DNA of 58,538 nucleotides, filler included, from Squatina squatina (lineage: Eukaryota): the NCBI GenBank assembly GCA_031763465.1. It is 4 parts of 4 records of this genome, joined end to end, with 100 filler letters (N's around TTAATTAATTAA, not from the genome) between each part and the next. Parts side by side here need not be neighbours in the genome. Positions count along the whole stretch, not along the records: positions 31,855 to 44,915 come from JARFOE010000004.1; positions 45,016 to 58,538 come from JARFOE010000230.1; 2 more parts are not named here. The stretch is one strand, 5' to 3'. The notes under the pieces are model-generated. The model made no database searches, was not told the origin of the DNA, and saw only the letters and a list, made by a program, of their open reading frames with translations. Within the stretch, counting starts at the first letter, position 1. Every line of letters begins with the position of its first letter. The translations under genes and the position numbers were made by a program. Shown here piece by piece: positions 37,560 through 49,961 of the stretch.

Positions 37560-38522
37560 TCTTTCCACCCACCATCTATTCTTTAGGTCCTTGGTTTTTT
37601 GTTGGACCTCGGCCTTCATTTGTCTTTAGACTAGTTTACTTTCCCTTGAGTTTTAGTGTTGCTTCCAATTCAAGAACGCCTTGCACTTGCAGTTTAACAG
37701 CTCCTCATTCTTGGTCACTCTCGTCAAATCAGTCTTGATGTTTCCTGGTAGGGAAGCCAAGAGTCTCCTCACAGGTGCTGGTAATCATAGGCTTAAGGGC
37801 AGTCCACGCACTGTGGACACTCTGTGGTTATGATTCTATGAGTGTCGCCAGGTTGGCTGTAAAGCATTGGCCGAGCAGGGCTTTCTTCACGGGATCTTTG
37901 AGTCCTTCAACGTTGATTTTCCTGCGGCAGTGTTTCTGTTGCCGCTGTCATTTTTGGGCCAGGTTGACAGAGATAATAGAGCGGATTAGGTGGTGGTCAG
38001 TCCAGCAGTCATTGGCTCCTGTCATGACACGGGTGATGCGGTCCCTCGCTCGAACGGTGACATAGTCTAAGCAGGTGCCAATGCCTGGAAGCAAGGGCGT
38101 TGCCATGAGGTCTTGTGCTTGTCTCCCTGATGGAATAGGGTATTGGTTATGACAAGGCCATGTTCCAAGCATTTCGTCAGGAGGAGGACTCCGTTTTAGT
38201 TTACTTTCCCTACTCCTTCCCTGCCAATCACGCCTTGCCAGAGGTTTGCGTCCTTCCCGACTCTGGTACTGAAATCGCCGAGGAGGATCAGCTTGTCTCC
38301 CTTCGGAACATGGGACAGGGATTACTCAAGACTGGAGTAGAATTCCTATTTTGGCCTCGTCCGTTGCTTCTAGGGTTGGGGCGTACGCACTGATGACTGT
38401 AGTGTGCTGGTTCCGGGTTAGGGTGAGTCAAAGGTTCACGAGGCGTTCGTTTACCCCACAAGGGGACTCACTCAGGCGCCCGACTAGTTCGTTTTTTATG
38501 GCAAAGCAAACCCCGTGAAGAC
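37560..38522 (-). mobile_element. RTE-clade LINE fragment (APE region), copy 1
   Basis: LDYVTVRARDRITRVMTGANDCWTDHHLIRS, YAPTL and GVCFAIKNEL. Homologous to 39760-40700. Confidence 0.9.
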
Positions 38523-38574
38523 CGTATGAATACTGTAGACATACATGTACTGTACAATCCACAGTCGGTCAGTT

Positions 38575-38890
38575 CTCGCTTATGCAAAGAAATCAGTAAT
38601 TTTTAGCTGTTTATGTTTACTCCTTGCCTCTGCCTTTGTTAGACGTAGGATTCTCCGAAGTTGTGTCACACTTGCAGCGGTTAATTTTTCATTGGCTTCC
38701 GACCATATCTTGTAGGTAGTGGACGACTGTAAGGGATGATGGCACTGGCTCGGTCTCGTCGCAGTTGTAGATTCCTCCTTCATTGTATCCTTCTTCGTGT
38801 ATAATCTTCTTTAATTCAGTGGAAAATGATGTTGTAGCTGGCTCATCTGCGGACAGTTGTTCTCTTCTTATAGCAGCTTGCAAAATGCTG
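38575..38890 (-). mobile_element. Tigger/pogo transposase remnant with an internal deletion
   Basis: EQLSADEPATTSFSTELKKIIHEEGYNEGGIYNCDET (the pogo DDE N-terminal motif YNxDETGL) is joined closely to the C-terminal KQLKITDFFA*. Confidence 0.8.
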
Positions 38891-39086
38891 TGCTAGTTCT
38901 TGAATCTCACTAACCATCCTTTGCTTCAAACTGTACTGCAGCGCTGGTATCTTCATTTGCATTCTGTTGCTGGCAAAACTTCTTAGNNNNNNNNNNNNNN
39001 NNNNNNNNNNNNNNNNNNNNNNNNNNNNNNNNNNNNNNNNNNNNNNNNNNNNNNNNNNNNNNNNNNNNNNNNNNNNNNNNNNNNNN

Positions 39087-41005
39087 TCTGCATTTTTCTT
39101 GGACTTGTCGCACGCTGAAAATCATGTCCATTGTGCCTTTTGATGGGCGGAATCCGCATTGTGACACTGGGAGGAGCTCTTCAGCCACTGGGAGGGGAGA
39201 TTTGAGGAGGATTTTTGCGATGACCTTTCCTGTGGCAGACAGCAGGGAGACCCCTCTGTAGTTTCCGCAATTGGACTTGTCTCCTTTCTTCAAGATGGTC
39301 ATAATTACGCGTCTCTGAGATCCCCTGGCATGCTCTCCTCCTTCCAGACAAGGGAGATGAGGCCATGGATTTGTGTCAAGAGCATTGCTCCACCATGTTT
39401 TTGTATTTCAGCATGGATTTCATCTGCACCGGAGGCCTTGTTGTTTCTCAGCTGTCAGATGCCTTTTCAACCTCATGTTGGGCTGGGATTGTGTCGAGTT
39501 AGTGGCAGGTAGCATGCTGTGGAATGGAGTCAGAACACTCATGTCGAAGAGTGAGTCTTGGTTAAAGAAATCCTCGAAGTGCTCCTTCCAGCAGATGCTG
39601 ACTGCCTCCTTGTGCTTGATGAGCACCTCTCCGTTCTTAGCTCTCATCGTGGTAGGTCCTTGGGTGTTTGGGCCGTAGCTGATCTTGTCTGCACTGAAGA
39701 ATCCACACACGTCATGGTTGTCGATTAGTTGCTGGATCTCCTGCGCTCTTTCCACTCACCATCTATTCTTTAGGTCATGGGTTTTTTGTTGGACCTCGGC
39801 CTTCAATTGTCTGTAGACCTGTTCTCTTTCCCTCGGGTTTTAGTGGTGCTTCCAATTCAAGAACGCCTTGCATTTATGGTTTAATAGCTCCTGGATCTCC
39901 TGGTCATTCTCATCAAACCAGTATTGATGTTTCCTGGTAGGGAAACCAAGAGCCCCCTTGCAGCTGCTGATTATGGTAGACTTAAGGGCAGGCCAGGCAC
40001 TGTGGACACTCTGCAGCTCCAATTCGTTGAGCACCGTCAGTTTGGTTGTGAGGCGTTGGCTGAGTAGGGCTTTCTTCGTGGGATCATTGAGCCTTTCAAC
40101 ATTGATTTTCCTGCGGCAATGCTTCTGTTGTCACCAACGTTTTGGGGCCAGGTTGATGAAGATAATAGAGCGGATTAGGCAGTGGTCAGTCCAGCTGTCA
40201 TTGGCTTCTGTCATGGTGATGTAGGCATTCTTGCGGTCCTTCGCTCGAACAATGACGTAATCTAGCAGGTAGCAGTGCCTGGAGTGAGGGTGTTGCCATG
40301 AGGTCTTGTACTTGTCTCTCTGATGAAATAGGATGTTGGTTATGACAAGACCTTGTTCTAAGCATTTCATCAGGAGGCGGACTCCATTGGACTTTGCTCT
40401 CCCTACTCCTTCCTTGCCAATTACACCTTTCCAGAGGTTTGTGTCCTTCCTGACTCCGGCATTGAAATCGCCAAGGGGAATCAACTTATCTCCCTTTTGG
40501 ATAGGGGACAGGGATTGCTCAAAGCTGGAGTAGAATTCCACTTTCGTCTCTTGCTTCTAGCATTGGGGCATACGCACTAATGGCCGTCATGTACTGGTTC
40601 CGGGTTAGAGTGAGCCGATGGGTTGTGAGATGTTCATTTATCCCACAAGTGGACTCGTTAAGACGCCCGACTAGTTCATTTTTTTGGTGAAGCTAACCCA
40701 TGGAGACGGCATTCTTCTTCTGGTTTACCATTCCTGAAGAAGGTGTATCCACCATCTTGTTCCTTGAACTGGCCTTCTCCTGCCCGCCGTGTCTCACTCA
40801 GGGCAGCAATGCCGATGCCATAGCGTCTGAGTTCCTAGGCTATGATAGCGGTGCGGCATTCAGATATGTCGCTGTGGGCGTTATCCATGAGGGTCTTGTT
40901 GTTTCAGGTCCCGAACTTCATTTTGAAGGGGTGGAATATGCCTGTGTGTGAATTCTTTTAACACGGGGTGGTCGTTGCTCACCAGCTACTACACGGTCTT
41001 GGTGG
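39087..41005 (-). mobile_element. RTE-clade LINE, 5' region through the start of RT, degenerate, copy 2
   Basis: MKFGT start near 40922, LGDFNAGV, TSWQHPHSRHCYLLDYVIVRAKDR..WTDHCLIRS, WFDENDQEI, KKGDKSNCGNYRGVSLLSATGKVIAKIL..LLPVSQCGFRPSKGTMDMIFSVRQVQEKCR. Many frameshifts and stops. Confidence 0.93.
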
Positions 41006-41507
41006 AGAAAGTTCTGCTACTCAGCAGATCATGCTCCTACTTCTAGATGCTTACAGTCATGCCAGAGAGGCAGGTCTGTGCAAGGGGGGAATGTCTAGCC
41101 TATTAAACAACTTCAGTCCAGATGTACAAGTGGGTTCAGGTCATGGCCAGCAGAGTAACGATCTGCCCAACTAATCCCCAGGCAGAAGGGGGAAATGAGG
41201 AAAATGGGCATTTACTCACAAAGGGTCTGTAAGCTTCTAGGGGCCCAGAATAGTTTGTGAATCTCAAGAACATGTGGCTGCATTGTGTGCCTTCAGCACT
41301 TGGCAGAGGCTTCACCCTCATAGATTTTCCTTTGAAAGGTCTGGGACTGCATTTTCTCAATTTACAATAATCTCAATTTAGCGAACAGTCAGTGATCATA
41401 CTCAAGTGACCTCTGCAGGAATGTTTATAGACATGGAGCAAAGGAGGGGAGGAATTTCCCCTCTGTGTGCCACATGTAATGAAATTCTATCCCTATATAT
41501 AAAAAAT

Positions 41508-41863
41508 GGCCTAGAAATTTGATGGCGCCATGCCCATTTTTCAGGCACTACACAGGCACCTAATCCAATATGGCGGGTGCCACATGGACTCTCATTCCGT
41601 GCCATTAGTGTACCATCTGCCACATTGGCAAAGACAAAAAATGAAGCATTCAGGGTCTCTAGAAAATCTTTAGGGGTGGCCAATTTGCGTTTTGGCGTTT
41701 CTGGTGCTAAGCGCTGAATTTAGCGTTGGAAGTGAGATTCTTAGAAAATTTTCGGTGATGCCACCAATTAGCCACTTTACAATTTGAGCATTCAAACACG
41801 TGCAAACTTTAGCGTTAAATGGCCCATATTAAACTGACCTATTCGTGGTGTGGATGCAAATTC
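41508..41863. mobile_element. CpG-rich MITE, left part
   Basis: Starts GGCCTAGAAATTT. The interior resembles the 36796-37170 and 53633 elements. Confidence 0.5.
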
Positions 41864-42353
41864 NNNNNNNNNNNNNNNNNNNNNNNNNNNNNNNNNNNNN
41901 NNNNNNNNNNNNNNNNNNNNNNNNNNNNNNNNNNNNNNNNNNNNNNNNNNNNNNNNNNNNNNNATGAAAAACAGATACTGTGTTATCATAAACACGCAAG
42001 AATTGTAGGTCTTGGCAGGTGTGATCATTGCAGAGAGACATATTATCACTAGTTGCCTATCAGTGATACACGTCTGATATTGTGTCCCATAGTAAAGTAA
42101 GGCCAAAGGGTTTCTTGCCGGTGCTTACTCTTGCACAGGTGCAATGCCTTGTCTAAGTGTCGACCTCGGCAGTGTTGGTAAGTTATTCAATTGTGAAAGG
42201 CATCGTAACCCCACAACGCCCTGTTCTTTCCATCGGGGTTCACTGGACAGCAATCAGGAACAGAGGACTTTTTCCATCTTTAATCCAGAGTACTGGTGCT
42301 CCAGCTGAGGACAGCCCAGATAGGGACTTAGACTTTACTGGCTCCTCTGGTTC

Positions 42354-42569
42354 ATAGAATCAGCACAGAAGGAGGCCATTCACCCCATCGAGTCTGTGCT
42401 GGCTCCTCTTTCCAAGAGCAATCCAGTGAGTCCCACTCCCCCGCTCTCTCCTGATATCCCTGTAATTTTTTCTCCTTCAAGTATTTGTCCAATTCCATTT
42501 TGAAGGCGACTATTGAATCTGTACCCACCACCCAGGCAGTGCATTCCAAATCCTAACCACTCGTTGCTG
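42354..42569 (-). mobile_element. CR1 LINE 3' end
   Basis: SIVAFKMELDKYLKEKKLQGYQERAGEWD and 3' UTR. Confidence 0.85.
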
Positions 42570-42677
42570 NNNNNNNNNNNNNNNNNNNNNNNNNNNNNNN
42601 NNNNNNNNNNNNNNNNNNNNNNNNNNNNNNNNNNNNNNNNNNNNNNNNNNNNNNNNNNNNNNNNNNNNNTTTAACTG

Positions 42678-42992
42678 CTGCTGTGTATGTTTAGTCCAGT
42701 ACTGGCAGGGTTACTCAGTAAATAAGCTGCCCTCCCTCCTCTCTGATTCCCCTCTGTGCTGTGTGAGTTTAGTCCAGTACTGACAGGGTTACTCAGTAAA
42801 TAAGCTGCCTCCCTCCTCTCTCAGATTTCCCTCTGTGCTGTGTATGTTTAGTCCAGTACTGACAGGGTTACTCAGTAAATAAGCTGCCCTCCCTCCTCTC
42901 TCTGTTACTGTGTGAATTTAGTCCAGTACTGACAGGGTTACTCAGTGAATAAGCTGCCCTCCCTCCTCTCTCAGATTTCCCTCTGTGCTGTG
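42678..42992. repeat. Tandem repeat, 70-79 bp unit, 4 copies, abutting the PPP1CB start
   Basis: AGTCCAGTACTG at 42693, 42771, 42850 and 42920. The array ends 18 nt before the ATG at 43011. Confidence 0.95.
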
Positions 42993-43010
42993 AGGAGTGT
43001 TTGCTGTAAA

Positions 43011-43062
43011 ATGGCGGACGGAGAGCTGAATGTGGATAGTCTGATAGCTCGGCTCCTGGAAG
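43011..43062 (+). CDS. PPP1CB: Protein phosphatase 1 catalytic subunit beta, first coding exon (52 nt)
   Basis: aaaATGGCGG.. MADGELNVDSLIARLLE(G)|gtgagt. Human PP1beta begins MADGELNVDSLITRLLE. Confidence 0.95.
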
Positions 43063-43317
43063 GTGAGTAGCGGAATAACCTCAATCACGCTGTTCCTTTT
43101 TTTGGAGTAACAATTAAAGTTAGAAAACCTTTGGAATCCAATTTTGCATTTTGATGGGCGGTGNNNNNNNNNNAAATAAAGAAAGAATTGAAACAAACCC
43201 ATTTCGGTGTGTATGTGTGCTCGATTGAATTTGTCGGGTCGAGGAAAGGAAAACACATTAATAATTAAATTAAAGAAATGAAGCGAAGGGATAAAGGTTT
43301 ACCTTTGATTCCCGCTC

Positions 43318-43532
43318 CCACTCGGTGCTGGGCCTGGTTCCCGGTGTTCTCGGGGTCGGGCCTGGTTCTCGGTGCTCGGTATTCTCGGGGCCGGGGCCTG
43401 GTTCTCGGTGCTCGGTATTGCCGGGGCCTGGTTCTCGGTGCTCGGTATTTTCGGGGCCGGGGCCTGGTTCTCGGTGCTCGGTATTTTCGGGGCCGGGGCC
43501 TGGTTCTCGGTGCTCGGTGTTCTCGGGTCCGG
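43318..43532. repeat. CpG-rich 36-bp tandem repeat (CCGGGGCCTGGTTCTCGGTGCTCGGTATTTTCGGGG), ~6 copies
   Basis: Directly visible. One copy is shortened to 30 bp. Confidence 0.93.
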
Positions 43533-44716
43533 GCGGCGGGCGGTTTAACCATTAACGGCGGCAACATTTTCAAAAAGAAAATCGTTCCAAAGCGCCTCTC
43601 GTGAGGGCGGAAGTCGAGTTGCTGACATTGATTTTAAAACTGATGATTTTTAATATCCGAAAGATTTTTTTGAAGAACCGAGCGAGTACTTTTTTGTCTG
43701 TTTTTGGTCAATGTAATTGTCTTTTTATGAGTGATGAGTGTTAGCATTTCTCTCCATATTCAGATTCCAGTACGTACACGAAAGGCTTTTATTTGTTATT
43801 TTAAGGTTTTTAAAAAAAAAACTCGTATTTTTGAGAGGTTTCGAGTTAAGCAAGGGTGCTCAGAAGGAGCTCAGGCCCTGCCTCCGCTCATATTTGCTGA
43901 ATGTATTTTTGACAGGTAATTTTTAAATGCCGTATCTATCTTTTGTGAGAAACTTTCCTAGATGTAGATCAGCGAAAATGTATGTGTTGGAGTGTTTTTG
44001 TTTACTTTATGGTCAGAAAAGTGGTTGTGGAGCTCCACAGACCATTCCTTACAAGGAGACTTTCTTTGGATCTGCCTGATGTCAACTCTCTGGGAATGTT
44101 TCGTGCGTTGTGCTTGTGGGTGTGTTTTTTCCCTGCAGCAGCAGCTGGACTGCAATCCCCTTGTTTGGAGTTCATTATCTTTCAAAGTAAAAGGATGTGT
44201 TCTTTAATAGTTTTATGGAGAATTCATTGAAATAAAGTAAAATTTTGGCATTATGAAATGATTTTTGTCCTGATATTTCTGTGGGGAAGGTGGAATAAGT
44301 ATAAGGAACNNNNNNNNNNNNNNNNNNNNNNNNNNNNNNNNNNNNNNNNNNNNNNNNNNNNNNNNNNNNNNNNNNNNNNNNNNNNNNNNNNNNNNNNNNN
44401 NNNNNNNNNTAATGCAATGCTCCCATCACTTTGAATGCTTAGAATAGAACAGAACAGAAAGTTAACAGGTTGTTTTTTTACGTCTTTTGACAACCACCAT
44501 TTTGGGTCACCCCTCAGCATTTCTCCTTCAGCTTGGCATACATTTTCATTGTGCCTCTTCGAAAAGCATCACAAGACAATTCAATGTTAAAGGTATGATA
44601 CGAATGCTTGGTATTGAACATATCACATACTTGCTTTGAACTTGTACTTGCAGTCCCTGAATTGATCAGATTATTCTATCTGATTCAGTAAATGTGCTTT
44701 TTATTTCTATTTTCAG

Positions 44717-44821
44717 ATTCTAAAACCTTCTGAAAAGAAAGCAAAATACCAGTATGGAGGTCTGAACTCTGGGCGCCCTGTTACACCCCCTCGCACGGCA
44801 AACCCGCCCAAGAAGAGGTGA
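44717..44821 (+). CDS. PPP1CB: PPP1CB last coding exon (105 nt)
   Basis: ctattttcag|[34 protein letters not shown], the PP1beta-specific C-terminus. Confidence 0.97.
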
Positions 44822-44915
44822 ATAGCAAGGACAGCCCCAAACACCTTATCATTTGTATACAGAGAAAGCTACCAGTATACCAGTTCATATACTAAAGTAT
44901 GTAACCTGTAAGCAC

Positions 44916-45015
44916 NNNNNNNNNNNNNNNNNNNNNNNNNNNNNNNNNNNNNNNNNNNNTTAATTAATTAANNNNNNNNNNNNNNNNNNNNNNNNNNNNN
45001 NNNNNNNNNNNNNNN
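44916..45015. other. Artificial scaffold linker N44-TTAATTAATTAA-N44
   Basis: Identical to the other two linkers. Confidence 0.97.
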
Positions 45016-45290
45016 AGGCGAGAGGCTAACACTGAGGCAACTCCAACACCTTAGAGTACAGTGAATGTTATGTAGGCAAATGCAGCAGCTACACTGCGCT
45101 AGTATCACCCCAGAAACAGCAAGGTGATGAACTACCTAATTTTGGTACTGTTGGTTGAGGAAGGAGTGTTACCTAGGACAGCAGACGAACACTGCTTTTC
45201 CTTGAATAACGATATGGAGTCTTTAATGTTTCCTGAACAGGCAGCTATACTAATTAATAACTTATCCAAAAGAAAAAGAGAGAAAGATTA

Positions 45291-45539
<249 letters not shown>

Positions 45540-46439
45540 TCAATACAGGATGTTTCAATATGTCAATTTTCAAAAGCATGATGATGAGGGGGAAAAAAAA
45601 TGAAAATTCGCAAATTAGATTTTGTTACTACAGTGACACATCTGTTCTTATTAAAAAAAAATGATGGTTCTGACCCTAATGCCATTTTGACTCAAACCCA
45701 GTGTCCAAGCAGGCTGAAGCTTTTTTAAAAAATGAATTGTTGTATCTCAATTCCCTCTCTCTACAGTGATGTCACAGAAAATTAAAGTGCAAGATGTTTA
45801 GATGGTGATATGAAAATACATGTACAACAGAATCAATTTATAATGATAATACAGATACATGGTTCAAATCCTGGCTGCCAAAATAACGAGTCTTACGGCA
45901 GATTTTCCTTTAGGCCTATTGGTTAGGTAGAAAGGCAGTCAGTGCTGACAGCCACTTTAAACGGCTCATCACATGCTTTCTCAATTAGTTCAAGTGAAAC
46001 AGAACAGAAGGCTGTTCAGCGCTAACTGGAAATTTCATCTAGTTTCTTATAAAACTCGGAATGGCATGGAGCATGGATGGACACGTACATACAGGATCAT
46101 CATTGTATTTATATATTTATGCGTGCACAATGGGAACTTCAAGATTTAAAAGAAATGAAAATATTAACACTTAGTTTGTTGAACCCTGCCAAGTTACTTC
46201 ACACATTTCATCAATTCTAACATTAACATAGCCATCTGATTTCAACAGAAGGGTTTACGGTTCTGTACCAACTTGATGACTGGTGGATTTTTCCAAAATC
46301 TGACTGAATCAAGTTGGTAGCCATCTGAGTTGATATGCCTGCTAACTGCAAACTAAACAAGCAATTCATGCTTTTACATGTGCATGCACAAACTCAGAAT
46401 CAATGTTTTGGCCATTCTCAGAAAACTTACACCACATAC

Positions 46440-46610
46440 CTTTGGGTGAAGCAAACCCATAGTCTGCAGTTCTTCCTACAGGTGTAGCTGGTAGAGAGAG
46501 GGAAGCCTGAACAGCTGTATCCATCTTCTCACACTCTAGCGTTGGTGAACTAGGAGCAGATTTTCTTGTTACTTCCTGCCTTTCTCGTACTGCTAATTCT
46601 TGTCGCAGGT
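46440..46610 (-). CDS. NDEL1: NDEL1 exon (171 nt)
   Basis: ttttgcag|(D)[56 protein letters not shown]|gtatgt. KSAPSSPTL and [12 protein letters not shown] distinguish NDEL1 from NDE1. Confidence 0.95.
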
Positions 46611-47429
46611 CTGCAAAAGTATTCATAAAACTGTGGTTAAACAAAGAATTCAGTATTGCACTGTAGAGTAATAGTTGTGGATTTGAATTTTAGATTGTCA
46701 CTTTAGTAGCTAAGTATAATGCTTATGATAATGTTGCCATAGGGCAACACACTCACCAACTCATGGGCCATACTGACAACTAAACCCCAAATGTCCTGAT
46801 CACCTTGGATCATATAAAATGCAATACTATATATGTTCCCATGAGATAAGAAATTTAGGTCACTGTTCAGAGAGTCAATGTAGGTAGCGGTGTCTTACAT
46901 GCACTATTGCCATGGATGATAATGCAGAGCATCCTGGGGTACCACGCTCATCTGCTTCTAGCTTGGTCCAACTAGCCTCTTTTCCATACTCTTCAGCAAC
47001 AATCTTTCTGGTTCCTGATCTCCCAGTGATGGAATGTGTTAGCAGTTGCAGTGCATTATACAACCAGCGCATGCATTGACATCAAATTTCCTACAAGTCA
47101 CTGCAGCTCCTAGAGTGAGAAGCTTGATTTCAATATGGGCACTCACTAACTGTGTTGTCAAGTAACACAAGGGACAATCAAGCAGGGAGAGACCAGGAGC
47201 CAGAGAGCAGGCAGCAGGAAACAGAGACAAATTTGCTTTTACACTGTACCTCAATCACATTAGTGATAGCTGTCCTAATGTAGAATTGTTAAAAATCATT
47301 AAATCAGCATACTGATTTTTCACTCATTTATTGTGACAAAAAAAGCAACTTTTACGATGGTGGTATGCAAAAGTAGGAAAACTACAACATTGGAATAGCA
47401 ATGTAATTCACATATTGTACTTAATCTCA

Positions 47430-47729
<300 letters not shown>

Positions 47730-48874
47730 TTATGAATACTCTGGGCCTAACAGTTACATGACATGGCTCCAATGCTACAATGGATGGTTTCCTGTAAAAA
47801 GTGTTTCACTGCTCTATTAGTAATGAAAGGCAGAAGTTACTATAGGAAACAACCTTTTATGCACAGTTTAAAAAGAAAAACATTGAGCAATATTTAACAA
47901 ATACAAAATTATAAAATTTCTAANNNNNNNNNNNNNNNNNNNNNNNNNNNNNNNNNNNNNNNNNNNNNNNNNNNNNNNNNNNNNNNNNNNNNNNNNNNNN
48001 NNNNNNNNNNNNNNNNNNNNNNNNNNNNNNNNNNNNNNNNNNNNNNNNNNNNNNNNNNNNNNNNNNNNNNNNNNNNNNNNNNNNNNNNNNNNNNNNNNNN
48101 NNNNNNNNNNNNNNNNNNNNNNNNNNNNNNNNNNNNNNNNNNNNNNNNNNNNNNNNNNNNNNNNNNNNNNNNNNNNNNNNNNNNNNNNNNNNNNNNNNNN
48201 NNNNNNNNNNNNNNNNNNNNNNNNNNNNNNNNNNNNNNNNNNNNNNNNNNNNNNNNNNNNNNNNNNNNNNNNNNNNNNNNNNNNNNNNNNNNNNNNNNNN
48301 NNNNNNNNNNNNNNNNNNNNNNNNNNNNNNNNNNNNNNNNNNNNNNCTGCTTGGCCTTAATTTTTTCTTACTTTTACTTTCTCTCTGAAACCACTCTCCA
48401 TCTATTTCTTCTTCTGTATCTAATCTGGCTAATCCTATTTCCTTCTCTACTGTTAGCTCTGTTTTTTCCCCCTATCCTTTTCTTTCACTGCTTAAGGAGG
48501 TAAACCATTGGGCATGACGCTCATGAGGTCCCAGATGCCATACAAACATCACTGCACCATTATCGCTTTGACGTTCCAGCAATTTGCGTGGGATCTGAAC
48601 AGTGAGGTAAAGTCCAATTAGCGTCGCTTGTTCCAACATCTTTTCGTGCAACAAAGTAAAATGCAATTGTTTTATATTATTTCTGGAACGTAACACAACA
48701 ACATTCTTGCAATCCTCAGAAAGGGTTGTCCTGGTGCAGATACAGGATCACAGACATAAGTGGATTACTGGACTACACGGAGTTGCAAACAGTACCCTAA
48801 AAAAAAAATCAAAACTAAATAAATAAAATTGATTTCTTTGTGTAAAATAATGCCGTAAGAAACTAAGTTCTTAC

Positions 48875-49023
48875 CTTTTAGCTCTTTCTAAATCATCATT
48901 TGCCTGCTCCAATTCTCTTACATATTTATGCAGTTGATCTTTGATACCTCTCGTTTGACCCAAGTCATCTTCAAGCATAGATATCTGCTTATAACTCTGT
49001 GCATACTGTTGCTCAAGTTTTTC
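48875..49023 (-). CDS. NDEL1: NDEL1 exon (149 nt)
   Basis: ctcttag|[49 protein letters not shown](R)|gtaag. Phases chain correctly with the other three exons. Confidence 0.95.
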
Positions 49024-49453
49024 CTAAGAGTCAATGGTAAAAAAAATAAATCCTAGTATTTGAATTTAGTTATTTTAATTTTCTTCAAATCCGGACCCCA
49101 TTTTTGATCCCACGGTATGTAATTTCCATGAGAATGTTGCTTTATCTCCCCACACCTGTTCTGTGCAAGACAATTTAAATAAAGTCCTGTCTGTGCATCA
49201 TTAATTGAATCTCAAAGTTATAATATTCACACTTGAATAATGAACAAGGTACTAAGCCCTATAAACCAAGTGGTTTCAATTGCAAAGCATTGATTAATGC
49301 CAGGAAATAGCTCCAAAATGAATTATCTTGGTCAGCATTCAAGCAAGTTCAAACTCTAAAATGATCAAACTAGTTCATTGCAATGATTAGCTAATTACAC
49401 AATTGAATATGCAGATCTACTGCTGTACATTACCATTCATTGAACAGAAGAAC

Positions 49454-49670
49454 GGGTGGCACAGTGGGTTAGAACATAGGCTTTTCACTTCTGGGACCAG
49501 AATTCAGATCCAGCCCAGAAGGTTAAATGTCTCCTCTCTTTTCCGGCTGCAAGAATTCAAAATGAAGTAAGTTTGGTCTCAACCCTATTCTTAGTGGTAC
49601 ACATTGACAGCACACAACTGTCAGTACACTGGCAGTCTCGGGACAGGCTATGTGTATGGCTGGTAGAAAT
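49454..49670 (+). mobile_element. LF-SINE-like element
   Basis: gcttttcacttctgggaccagaattcagatccagcccag, aaatgaagt..tttggtctcaaccctattcttagtgg and ggcagtctc occur in the same order as LF-SINE motifs recalled from memory. Confidence 0.55.
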
Positions 49671-49961
49671 CTTATTCCAGTGCAGCAGCAATAATTCTCT
49701 ATTAATGGCATCCTTCACCTTTGAGAGCAAAATTCAACAAATGTGAAATGAATTGTTAGCAAAATAAAAGCCATAAGATTAAAGGACAGTGGTAATACGG
49801 ATACACGATATTCATTAAGGAGTGTGGTTATGAAAGCAACATGACTGCAGGAAACAGTGAGNNNNNNNNNNNNNNNNNNNNNNNNNNNNNNNNNNNNNNN
49901 NNNNNNNNNNNNNNNNNNNNNNNNNNNNNNNNNNNNNNNNNNNNNNNNNNNNNNNNNNNNN

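Noticed and set aside
43265-43604. Arg/Pro-rich ORFs (RAPRTRPRPRKY)n and their antisense ORFs
   Set aside because: Translations of a 36-bp GC-rich tandem repeat with no splice or homology support.
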